Program-made: the position numbers and the translations under genes
Part shown: in pieces, positions 38,665 through 47,000 of the stretch
How positions within the stretch are numbered: the stretch's first letter is position 1
Layout: every line of letters begins with the position of its first letter
Notes under the pieces: generated by a model
The model's database searches: none
Seen by the model: only the letters and a program-made list of their open reading frames with translations
What the model was told of the DNA's origin: nothing
NCBI GenBank assembly: GCA_039683575.1
Contig: JBDKRC010000021.1
Span: 1 to 51,274 of the forward strand
DNA length: 51,274 bases
DNA from: Armatimonadia bacterium
GTDB taxonomy: Bacteria; Armatimonadota; Zipacnadia; Zipacnadales; UBA11051
Direction of reading: 5' to 3'

Positions 38665-40041
38665 TCAGCGGCCACGCGTTCCAGTCACCGTCTCGGAGGT
38701 GACTCCCGCGAGGGGCGGCGCGCTTGTGACCGGTACGTGAGACGGCAGGCCCCTGCAGATGCCCTTGCCGGCGTGCAGGCGGCGGTAGCTGAAGTTGACC
38801 AACAGGCGGGGCACCAGCTTGCCTCGACCGGTGAGCGCGCGCTCAAGGATAGAGGGGAGCGAGTAGAAGCGTCTGTAGGTCTCCTTCTGCCCCTCCTGCA
38901 GTTGCAGGGCGGTCATCTGACGCGGGCGGAACACCACGTTACTCATGGTATAGTGCGACCAGTCGTGGTCTTCGATGCGGCCTTCCGCCTCGAGTTGGCG
39001 GTTCACCACGGTGCCCGGGAAGGGCGTGAGCGCGGAGAACTGGGCGGCCACGAGCTTATGTTTGCGCGCGAAAGCGGCGGTGCGGGCGAAAACTCCAGGA
39101 TCGTCGCCATCGAGGCCCAGAACGAAGGAGCCGATGATCTCGATTCCCGCATCATGAATGGTCCGGATCGCTTGTGCCATGTCGGTGCCCAGATTAGCGG
39201 CTTTCCTGGTGGTGCGAAGATTCTCTTCCGAGACCGACTCCAGGCCGATGTACATCGCCTGGCAGCCGCTGCGCGCCGCCAGTTTCAGCAGCTCCGGATC
39301 CCGGGCCATGGTCAGGTCGCCCTGGCTTACCCAACGCAACTTAAGTGGGATGAGAGCTTCGAACAGTTCCTTGGCGCGGTTGGCGTTGCCCACGATGTTG
39401 TCATCGACAAAGCCCACCCAGCCGCCGAGACCGCGCACTTCGTCGACTACCTCAGGCACCGGCCGGAAGCGATAGCGGCGCCCGAAGATGGCGCTGACGG
39501 TACAGAAAGTGCAGGCGTGCGGGCAGCCGCGCGCGGTCTGCACCACGTTGATGGTGAGGTACCGGTCGGTACGTAGCAGCTCGCGCCGCGGGCGTGGCAG
39601 ATCCACCAGGTCGTGATACTGTTCCGCCTGGTAGCGTGGCTGCAGGCGTCCCGCCGTGAGGTCTTCGAGCACGGTCCGCCAGATGCCCTCAGCCTCCCCG
39701 ATCACGATGGCGTCGGCGTGCAAGGCAGCCTCATCCGGCAATACTGTGGGGTGAATGCCCCCCATTACCACCGGGATCGAGCGTTCTCGAAAGTGCTTCG
39801 CGATCTCATAGGCTCGCGGAGCAGAGGCAGTTGGCACCGTCAGGGCCACCCAGTCAGCGGGAGTGTCAGGGGCGAGGCGCTCGACGTTCTCGTCGATTAG
39901 TTGGATATCAATGTCACGGGGCGTGAGACCCGCCAGCAGCGGCAGGCTCAACGGTGGTGCCAGTACCTTCCCCCCCCGCCACCAGCCCTGACACCACGCT
40001 GGTGATATGATAAGTAACCGAGGTTTGTCTCTCAGGACCAT
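38665..40041 (-). CDS. B12-binding domain radical SAM protein
   Basis: VVMGGIHPT cobalamin-binding domain; TARGCPHACTFC CxxxCxxC; IGLES; TPFPGT. Confidence 0.92.
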   Translation of the reverse strand: MVLRDKPRLLIISPAWCQGWWRGGKVLAPPLSLPLLAGLTPRDIDIQLIDENVERLAPDTPADWVALTVPTASAPRAYEIAKHFRERSIPVVMGGIHPTVLPDEAALHADAIVIGEAEGIWRTVLEDLTAGRLQPRYQAEQYHDLVDLPRPRRELLRTDRYLTINVVQTARGCPHACTFCTVSAIFGRRYRFRPVPEVVDEVRGLGGWVGFVDDNIVGNANRAKELFEALIPLKLRWVSQGDLTMARDPELLKLAARSGCQAMYIGLESVSEENLRTTRKAANLGTDMAQAIRTIHDAGIEIIGSFVLGLDGDDPGVFARTAAFARKHKLVAAQFSALTPFPGTVVNRQLEAEGRIEDHDWSHYTMSNVVFRPRQMTALQLQEGQKETYRRFYSLPSILERALTGRGKLVPRLLVNFSYRRLHAGKGICRGLPSHVPVTSAPPLAGVTSETVTGTRGR

Positions 40042-40280
40042 GCATTTCGCCTTCCTGAAGCTTCAGCGATCTTTGAGATGCTCGCAAGGATTCGACGTTC
40101 CGTAGGATGCAGCGGCTCAGTCGGGAGCGTCTTTGGGAGCATCGCTTTGATCGTTCTATGGCTTGCAGTAGAGCGGCGGAGCGTTCCCTGGCTCCGGCGA
40201 GGTTGTCGCCGGGGCCTCTACGCAATCAGTATGGACCTCATTGTTCAATATCGCAAGTACTATGAGTTAGTCATGGCACG

Positions 40281-41303
40281 CTAAATGTACACAAATGCCT
40301 TACCCGGCGCGGTTGCGGCGGCTTCCTGGGCCGCTTCGCCGGCCTGGGAGAGGAGGGTGCAGGGCTCGATGGTGCCGGTGCCTTCCCAGCCGCTGACGCC
40401 GATGGAGAAGGATAGGAGGCCGGCGACCTCCTCATCGGTGCGCAGGGCCTCGGCGATGCGGCCGGCGGCGATCAGGGCGGGGCGAGGGCCGGTGTGGTGG
40501 AAGAAGACTGCGAAGGAGCGCTTGCCGATGCGTCCCACGAGGTCGGAATGCCGCACTGCGGCCGTGACGTGGGCGCCGATGCGTTTGTGCAGTTCCGCGG
40601 GAATCTCCTCGAGCGAGCGTAGCGGGCGCAGGTCGAGTACGGCGAGGGATAGCTCGTCGGCCTGTCGCCGCGCCCGGTCGATCTCTCGCTCCAGGGCATC
40701 GATGAAGTAGGGCCAGCTATAGGTGCCGCTCTCGATGTCCACCATGCCACGGGCGGTGTCGCTGTTGACCATGTCCATGGCGCGCAGGTACGGCGCTGCG
40801 TACTGCAGCATCACCTGCAGCCTGCTCCAGGTGGCGCTGGGGGCGGTGGCCCCACTATCGAGGGTCGCAGCGCGGACGATTACGCCGGTTGAGGCTCCGG
40901 TGGGGAGGTAGGTATCGCGGTATTCCGCCAGGTCCTGGGCCACCACCGGGAGTGTTGGCTGGAGGCACACGACTTGCTGCGGGGCTTTGCCCCAATCCGG
41001 CATCAGCAGGGCACCGGGGCATTCCAGGGCGCTGGCCGAGGTGACGAAATGGGCGAGCTGTCCGGCGGCCGCGGTGGGACTGAGAGGGGCGAGGCTACAC
41101 AGATAGACCGCCGGCTCGCCATCGCGCACCGTGGCCATGGCCCAGAGGTCAAGGTCGAAGTGGACGCCTTCCTGGGCCAGGGCGGAGAGGACTTCAAGCG
41201 GACTGCGCGCACGCGCGAGGACAGTGGGCAGGTTCGAGTGCAGGCTCAACGACGGCATCATGGGCAGTGGCTTTTCACAATACATCAGGGGCACCTCAGG
41301 CAA
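40281..41303 (-). CDS. Degenerate GGDEF-domain protein
   Basis: DIESGTYSWPYF..LEREIDRARR..LSLAVLDL..VRHSDLVGRIGKRSFAV..SFSIGVS. Start codon uncertain. Confidence 0.75.
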   Translation of the reverse strand: MPEVPLMYCEKPLPMMPSLSLHSNLPTVLARARSPLEVLSALAQEGVHFDLDLWAMATVRDGEPAVYLCSLAPLSPTAAAGQLAHFVTSASALECPGALLMPDWGKAPQQVVCLQPTLPVVAQDLAEYRDTYLPTGASTGVIVRAATLDSGATAPSATWSRLQVMLQYAAPYLRAMDMVNSDTARGMVDIESGTYSWPYFIDALEREIDRARRQADELSLAVLDLRPLRSLEEIPAELHKRIGAHVTAAVRHSDLVGRIGKRSFAVFFHHTGPRPALIAAGRIAEALRTDEEVAGLLSFSIGVSGWEGTGTIEPCTLLSQAGEAAQEAAATAPGKAFVYI

Positions 41304-41409
41304 AGGACGTGGGACTGAACCACTTGCTTTATCGGCCCCGCAAGATCACAGCGGTGTAGCAGCGACCTTACGCGACGTAAATTGACGGGGTGGAAGGAAT
41401 CTCGCGTGA

Positions 41410-41913
41410 ATGGCACGAATTGCTGACACAACAATGAGTGGCCAGGAGAACACGACCAGACAGTTGAGGTGTCCGGCCTGTGGGTCCGAGCTACCGCGCG
41501 GGGCCACGGAGTGCCGCGCGTGCCGAGCTAAGGTATCTCAGCCCGAGGGCACAGCCACAGAGAGCCGTGAGGTACCGGCCGAGCCCGTACCCCATGGCCG
41601 CCGGCACGGCCAGCGCGGCCGCTCCGTACGCGCCAGCAAGCGGTATGTCTACGGCAAGCGTAAGGAGGGGCTCTCGGCAGAGATGGTGTGGTTGCTCCTG
41701 GTGATCATCCTGGGGCTGCTGCTGATCCTCGGAGCGCATCTGCTGGCGTTCATGCGGGCTCGGAAGCTAGTGGCGGTCCCGTCCCCGCCGGCGCCGGTGG
41801 TGCGTTGTTGCTACTCGAGCAGTGAGACCGCGTGGGGTAATCCGGAGGCCCTGTCCCCGGCCTCCCTGCGGTTAGGGATCAAGTCATACCCGATATTGAG
41901 GCGATACTCATGA
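41410..41913 (+). CDS. Zinc-ribbon membrane protein (hypothetical)
   Basis: CPACGSELPRGATECRAC and one TM helix. Confidence 0.55.
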   Translation: MARIADTTMSGQENTTRQLRCPACGSELPRGATECRACRAKVSQPEGTATESREVPAEPVPHGRRHGQRGRSVRASKRYVYGKRKEGLSAEMVWLLLVIILGLLLILGAHLLAFMRARKLVAVPSPPAPVVRCCYSSSETAWGNPEALSPASLRLGIKSYPILRRYS

Positions 41914-42755
41914 AGATTGCCTACGGGACCTATGCGATGCCGATGGTGAGGCTTGAGGATGCGTTGCCGGGGCTGGCGGCAATCGGGTACGACGGCGTGG
42001 AGATCTGCATCGGGCCCAAGCATGTCGAGCCGACCGCTGACAGCCTGCCACCGGCCCGCCGCACGGCGCTGCGGGACATGCTGGCCAAACACTCGCTGGG
42101 ACTGCCGGCGCTGTTCATGCTGGGGCAGGTCTACACAGAGAGTGAAGCGGACCATCAGGCGAACCTCGAGCGGGTGCGGCGGTGCGCGCAGCTGGCGCGT
42201 GACCTGGGCATGACGGGGACGCCAGTGTTGGCACTGGGCTTTGGCGGGCCCAAGCCCCAGTGGGATGAGATCAAGCACCGGTTTGTGGAGCTTTTGGCGG
42301 ACTATGCGGAACTGGCGGCTGAGGAGGACTTCATCCTGGCGGGCGAGGCGCACGCCGGGGCGGCGGTGGACCGCTCGGAGCGGATCGTGTGGCTGATGGA
42401 GGAGCTTGACAACCCACGGGTGCGGTTGCATTTCGACATCGTACACCTGTTTCTGGCGGGAGAGACGGAAGCCGAGGCGGTGCGGACGCTGGTGCCCTAT
42501 ACGGCGCACACGCATATCACGGACGCGATCAAGCGGCCCGACGGCGGGTTTGAACTGGTGCTGCTCGGGGAGGGTCAGCTCGACGCGACCGCTTACATGA
42601 AGGCGATGGCGGAGGCCGGTTGGGATAGCTATATCACGCTGGAAGTCAGCACGATGGTGTGGGGCAAGGAAGGCTACAATCCGTGGCAGACGGCACGGTT
42701 CTCGTATGATTCGCTTTGTAAGGCGTTTGCAGGGGCGGGAGTGTTGCGGGGTTAG
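41910..42755 (+). CDS. Sugar phosphate isomerase/epimerase (TIM barrel)
   Basis: GYDGVEI, GEAH, FDIVH, HTHITD, ITLEVS. Confidence 0.85.
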   Translation: MKIAYGTYAMPMVRLEDALPGLAAIGYDGVEICIGPKHVEPTADSLPPARRTALRDMLAKHSLGLPALFMLGQVYTESEADHQANLERVRRCAQLARDLGMTGTPVLALGFGGPKPQWDEIKHRFVELLADYAELAAEEDFILAGEAHAGAAVDRSERIVWLMEELDNPRVRLHFDIVHLFLAGETEAEAVRTLVPYTAHTHITDAIKRPDGGFELVLLGEGQLDATAYMKAMAEAGWDSYITLEVSTMVWGKEGYNPWQTARFSYDSLCKAFAGAGVLRG

Positions 42756-42771
42756 AGTGGATGAACGGGCT

Positions 42772-42870
42772 GTAGGGCGGGGGCTCGTACCCCGCCGCTC
42801 AGTTGGTCGGTGATAACGACCGGCGGGGTACGAGCCCCCTGCGACGCAGACGTCACTACGCCCTACAGCC
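42772..42870. repeat. REPIN-like inverted REP pair; right copy carries a nested 20-nt insert
   Basis: GTAGggcgggggctcgtaccccgccg ... cggcggggtacgagccccc[tgcgacgcagacgtcactac]gccCTAC. Confidence 0.75.
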
Positions 42871-42897
42871 AGAGACAGCCAGAGTGCGAGGCACCAT

Positions 42898-43473
42898 ATG
42901 GAAAAGGTTCTGCTGGTCATCGGCGATGCGGCGGAGATTACCGATACGCTGTATCCGTACTACCGGATCGCCGAGGATGCCTATGAGGTGCTCATCGCCG
43001 CGCCGGAGAAGCGGCTTTACCACCTGGTACAGCATGACAAGCACCCGGATTGGGATATCACCGTCGAATCCAGGGGCTACAACTGGCAGTCCGACATCGC
43101 CTTCCGCGACATTAAGGAAGAGGAGTACCTGGGGCTGGTGCTGTCGGGGGGGCGCGCACCGGAGTATATTCGGTATGATGAAGACCTGATGCGTATCACG
43201 CGGCATTTTGGCGATACTGGCAAGCCGATTGCGGTGGTGTGCCACGGCATTGAGATCGTGGCGAAGGCAGGGGTGATCAAGGGTAAGCGCGTAACGACGG
43301 TCGCCAAGTGCGCCTATGACGCGGAGGTATGCGGGGCGACCTATGTGGATGAGCCGGTCGTGGTGGATGGCAACGTGGTGAGCGCACGGACGTTCCATGA
43401 CAACACGCCGTGGATGCGCGAGTATATGAAGGTGCTCAACGCGGCGCGCGAGGCCAAGGCGGCCACGGAGTAG
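42898..43473 (+). CDS. DJ-1/PfpI family protein
   Basis: GGRAPEYIR; VCHG nucleophile motif; VVVDGNVVSART. Confidence 0.92.
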   Translation: MEKVLLVIGDAAEITDTLYPYYRIAEDAYEVLIAAPEKRLYHLVQHDKHPDWDITVESRGYNWQSDIAFRDIKEEEYLGLVLSGGRAPEYIRYDEDLMRITRHFGDTGKPIAVVCHGIEIVAKAGVIKGKRVTTVAKCAYDAEVCGATYVDEPVVVDGNVVSARTFHDNTPWMREYMKVLNAAREAKAATE

Positions 43474-43519
43474 ATATGGGTTCGCCCCGGCCTACGGGGA
43501 GTTGTCGTGGACAACGGCC

Positions 43520-43568
43520 GGCGGGGTACGAGCCCCCTGCGACGCAGACGTCGCTACGCCCTACAGCC
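43520..43568. repeat. Composite REP (near-identical direct copy of 42822-42870)
   Basis: ggcggggtacgagccccctgcgacgcagacgtcgctacgccctacagcc; one mismatch to the upstream copy. Confidence 0.75.
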
Positions 43569-43585
43569 TGAGAGCGGAGTGAAAC

Positions 43586-44794
43586 ATGGCCCCGGTGAAC
43601 CTGCTGCTGGTCGGTTGTGGGATGATGGGCGCGCGGCATGTGCGCGGGCTTGGTGAGTTGGAGCGGGTGCTACCGGGCTCGGTGCGGCTGGCGGCGGTCT
43701 GCGACCGGCGGGAGGACTATGCGTCGGATGTCGCGGATGAGGCGCAGGAACTCTTCGGAGCGCGCCCGGCGATCTATGCCGACATCGATCAGGCACTGGC
43801 GGGGCAGCCAGCGCTGCAGGCAGTGGACCTGGTCACCGACCCGCGTTCGCACGATGGACTGGCAGTAAAGCTGCTGGGGGCGGGGCTGGATGTTATCTGC
43901 GAAAAGCCCCTGGCGGTCACGGTCGAGCGTGGGCGGCGGATGGTTGACGCGGCACAGGCGGCTGGACGGATACTGGCGGTGGCCGAGAACAACCGCCGCG
44001 ACCCGACCAACCGTCTGGCGCGCGCGCTGCTTGGCGAAGGGGTTATCGGGCAGCCAAACTTCGCGCTGCAGGTGCTGATCAACCCCGCTAACCGTATCAT
44101 CGGCACAGCGTGGCGGCACAGGCTGGCGATGGGCGGGGTGCTGCTGGATGTGGCTATTCACGTTGCGTATATTCTTGAATACCTGTTGGGCCCGGTCACG
44201 GCCGTGACGGCTCAGACGCAGCAGGTGCAACACGCGCTGCATGGCAAGGAGTTCAATGGCAAAGAGGTGGATGTGGAGGTGGACAGCGAAGACTGCTGCA
44301 CCGCGCTCCTGGAGTTTGCGGGCGGTGCGCAGGGGCATGTGACGGCGCACTTCGCGAGTCCCGGCGAGACGATGTACAAGCGGCTGCTGATCGGCAGCGC
44401 GGGGACGCTGAATCTGCCGGGAGATCGCTCAGGCGGGGAGATCGAACTGCGGCGTGGGTGCGAGCGGGTGTCGGGCGAGGGGTTGCTCGAGCTGGTGCCG
44501 GAGTACCGGCTGAATGAGGCGGAGGCGCTGCTGTTTGGGCAGCGGCCGGCTGGGTATGAGCTGGACTGGCCGGTGGTGGACCGCAAGCTGATCGCAGCCG
44601 AGATGCACGATTTCGTGACGGCGGTGCGCGAGCGGCGGTCGCCGGAGACGGACGGGGAAGCAGGCCTGCGGTCGCTGGCGATCATCCATGCCATGATGGA
44701 GTCGGCGCTGGCGGGGCGACGGGTGACGCTGGATGAGGTATTAGCGGGGCGGGTGCGGGCGTATCAGAATCAGGGGGAGAACGCGGCGGTATAG
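43586..44794 (+). CDS. Gfo/Idh/MocA family oxidoreductase
   Basis: VGCGMMG Rossmann motif; CEKPLA; GGVLLDVAIH. Confidence 0.9.
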   Translation: MAPVNLLLVGCGMMGARHVRGLGELERVLPGSVRLAAVCDRREDYASDVADEAQELFGARPAIYADIDQALAGQPALQAVDLVTDPRSHDGLAVKLLGAGLDVICEKPLAVTVERGRRMVDAAQAAGRILAVAENNRRDPTNRLARALLGEGVIGQPNFALQVLINPANRIIGTAWRHRLAMGGVLLDVAIHVAYILEYLLGPVTAVTAQTQQVQHALHGKEFNGKEVDVEVDSEDCCTALLEFAGGAQGHVTAHFASPGETMYKRLLIGSAGTLNLPGDRSGGEIELRRGCERVSGEGLLELVPEYRLNEAEALLFGQRPAGYELDWPVVDRKLIAAEMHDFVTAVRERRSPETDGEAGLRSLAIIHAMMESALAGRRVTLDEVLAGRVRAYQNQGENAAV

Positions 44795-45015
44795 GTGCTC
44801 GACACAGTAGCGCGGGCCGCTCGCCCGCCGCGGGCAGGCGAGGCGCCTGCCCTACTGGTATGATAGTATGGCGGACGAGGTTCTGGCGGGGCGGGTGCGG
44901 GCGTATCAGAATCAGGTGGAGAATGCGGCGGTATAGGTGCTCGACACAGTAGCGCGGGCGGCTCGCCCGCGGCGGGCAGGCGAGCCGCCTGCCCTACTGG
45001 TATGATAGCATGGCG
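44731..45015 (+). repeat. 142-bp tandem duplication of the oxidoreductase 3' end plus downstream REP; partial third copy to about 45080
   Basis: Copy 1 starts about 44731 and copy 2 about 44873. Both contain gcggggcgggtgcgggcgtatcagaatcag...taggtgctcgacacaGTAGcgcggg...gccCTACtggtatgatag. Confidence 0.85.
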
Positions 45016-45145
45016 CAGTACAGGCGATTATCCTGCCGTACTGGTATGATAGTATGGCGGAGGACAGGCGATTAGCCTGCCCCGCTGTGACATAATATGG
45101 ATTTGGGCGGCATACTGAACTGACAACCAATAGGGAGGTCGTTAG

Positions 45146-45970
45146 ATGATAAAGTCTATCAGTTACTGGTCGTTCCCGGCGGGTATGGCGCTTGAGGCGC
45201 GCATGAAGCTCGCCAAGGAGTGCGGTTTCGAGGCCATCGAGTTGACGCTCGAGGGTCCCGGTGCCGAGATCAACATGTCCACCAGCGCTGCTGATCTGAA
45301 GAAGATCAAGCAGATGGCGGACAAGATCGGCCTGCAGACGCCGACCTTTGCGACGGGGCTGTACTGGTCGGACCCGATGATCCTCGACGGCGGCAAGATC
45401 AACAAGATGGGCCTGGACATCTGCAAGAAGTCACTGCAGTTTGCCAAGATCATCGGCGCGAACACCGCGCTGACCATCCCGTGCACCGTCACGCCGGGCC
45501 TGCCGTATGACATGGCGTACGAGAAGAGCGTCGAGGTACTGAAGAAGCTCGTGCCCGAGGCTGAGAAGCAGGGCGTGTCCATCGGTGTTGAGTACGTCTG
45601 GAACAAGTTTCTGCTCAGCCCGCTGGAGTTCCGCAGCTTCCTCGACGAGATCGGCAGCCCGATGGTCAAGGCGTACTTCGACGTAGGCAACGTCATGGCG
45701 GCAGGTTATCCCGACCAGTGGATCCGCATCCTGGGCGACCGGATCAGCGCCGTGCACTTCAAGGACTTCAAGCGCAGCATCGCGGACCTCGATGGGTTCG
45801 TGGACTTGCTCGAGGGCGATGTGCCGTGGGATGCCGTCATGAAGGCGCTCAAGGCGATCAAGTATGACTGGGCGGTCACGGCCGAGATGATGCCGCCGTA
45901 CCAGCACTTCCCCGAGTACCTGCTGAAGGCCACCAGTGGCGCCATGGACCTGATCCTGGGCCGCAAGTAG
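45146..45970 (+). CDS. Sugar phosphate isomerase/epimerase, paralog of 21483-22274
   Basis: EYVWNKFLLSPLE, YFDVGN, VHFKD, VTAE; GGGAGG RBS. Confidence 0.88.
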   Translation: MIKSISYWSFPAGMALEARMKLAKECGFEAIELTLEGPGAEINMSTSAADLKKIKQMADKIGLQTPTFATGLYWSDPMILDGGKINKMGLDICKKSLQFAKIIGANTALTIPCTVTPGLPYDMAYEKSVEVLKKLVPEAEKQGVSIGVEYVWNKFLLSPLEFRSFLDEIGSPMVKAYFDVGNVMAAGYPDQWIRILGDRISAVHFKDFKRSIADLDGFVDLLEGDVPWDAVMKALKAIKYDWAVTAEMMPPYQHFPEYLLKATSGAMDLILGRK

Positions 45971-45978
45971 CAACCATT

Positions 45979-46006
45979 GGGGGAGGGGCGCCTTGCCTCT
46001 CCCCCA
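45979..46006 (+). terminator. Hairpin after the epimerase
   Basis: gggggagggg...ctctccccc stem. Confidence 0.45.
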
Positions 46007-46024
46007 CTCTGAAAGCGTCCGCCG

Positions 46025-46609
46025 ATGGATAACGTCGCTCCCGACAAGAAGCCAGAGGCACCCCAGCCGCCCGCTGAGGACGTGCTGGATATAGACCTTG
46101 AGGACCTGCCCGAGGAACCTGCTGAGGCTCCGGGAGCGGTGCTTGAGGTCAACCTCGATGAGGCTGAGGAGGCAGCGGGGCAGTTTCCGGCCGTCGAGCA
46201 GTACCCGGCGGTCACCGAACAGCAGGCCAGGGCAGCCGTTGGGGTAACTCTGACGTGCGTGTGTTCGGTCAAGCGCGAGAGCTTCATCGTTACTTTTGAG
46301 GAACTTGAGCCGGGGTTCTACTTTGCGACGACCGCAGAGCCATGCGCCAAGGGGGCCGGCGGGCCTGAGGCGGGTGGTCTCAACCAGATCCAGGGGCAGT
46401 TCGCAATGGGGCCGGAGTTCCAGTGCCCGTATTGCCATTGCGGGAGCCTCGTGCTGTGCTCCGGGTGTGGTACGGTGCTGTGCGCGGGGGCGGCGAGCAA
46501 ACAGGGGGTCTGCGCCTGCCCGCAGTGCTCGTCTGAGTTGACCCTGACGCAGGAGATGGCCCGGTCGGTGCGGGGGAGCGGGGGCAAAGGGAAGAAGAAG
46601 GGCCGTTAG
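46025..46609 (+). CDS. TerY-C-like Cys-rich metal-binding protein with acidic N-terminus
   Basis: CSVKRESF...CPYC..LVLCSGCGTVLC...CACPQC; D/E/P-rich N-terminus; basic tail. Confidence 0.6.
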   Translation: MDNVAPDKKPEAPQPPAEDVLDIDLEDLPEEPAEAPGAVLEVNLDEAEEAAGQFPAVEQYPAVTEQQARAAVGVTLTCVCSVKRESFIVTFEELEPGFYFATTAEPCAKGAGGPEAGGLNQIQGQFAMGPEFQCPYCHCGSLVLCSGCGTVLCAGAASKQGVCACPQCSSELTLTQEMARSVRGSGGKGKKKGR

Positions 46610-46716
46610 CGGGCGGGACGCCCGCACTACGCGGCGGGGGGGAGACGGGCGAGACGCCCGTCCTACGAAGAGGTTCTCCGAGGCGGGCGGCGGCGGCGGG
46701 GGGGACGCCCGTCTTC
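46609..46716. repeat. REP cluster
   Basis: gcgggc-gggac-gcccgcaCTAC; acgggc-gagac-gcccgtcCTAC; a degenerate third copy. Confidence 0.7.
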
Positions 46717-46759
46717 CAATGATGTTTCTGCATTCTGCCGAAAGAATGGGGAATGGCAC

Positions 46760-46981
46760 ATGGCCCAGTATGAATATCAGGTACTCGAGCAGGCCGGTGG
46801 TCGCGTAAACCACCTCAACGAGCGGATCGCTGCGCTCGTGGAGGAAGGGTTTCATCCGATCATGATGACCGGGACTTCGCCCCAGGTCAGCATCATGCTG
46901 CGGCGGGCGACGCAACCGGCCCCGGCGGCGGCTGCCCCTGCCGCTCCCGCACAGCCCGCTGCGCCACGGCCCACCGGTTAG
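46760..46981 (+). CDS. Small hypothetical protein (DUF4177-like compact domain plus Ala/Pro tail)
   Basis: MAQYEYQVL..LNERIAALVEEGF..IMLRR pattern; GGGGA RBS-like sequence. Confidence 0.55.
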   Translation: MAQYEYQVLEQAGGRVNHLNERIAALVEEGFHPIMMTGTSPQVSIMLRRATQPAPAAAAPAAPAQPAAPRPTG

Positions 46982-47000
46982 CGGCTGGCGTGGTGGCACT

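Noticed and set aside
40042-40280. Cobalamin or c-di-GMP riboswitch upstream of the radical SAM gene
   Set aside because: The conserved cores (GGGAA..GCCACTG B12-box; GGCAAA..GACGCAAA) were not found on the coding strand.
44731-45080. CRISPR array
   Set aside because: The repeats are about 142 bp, contiguous, lack unique spacers and derive from a gene end; no cas genes are present.
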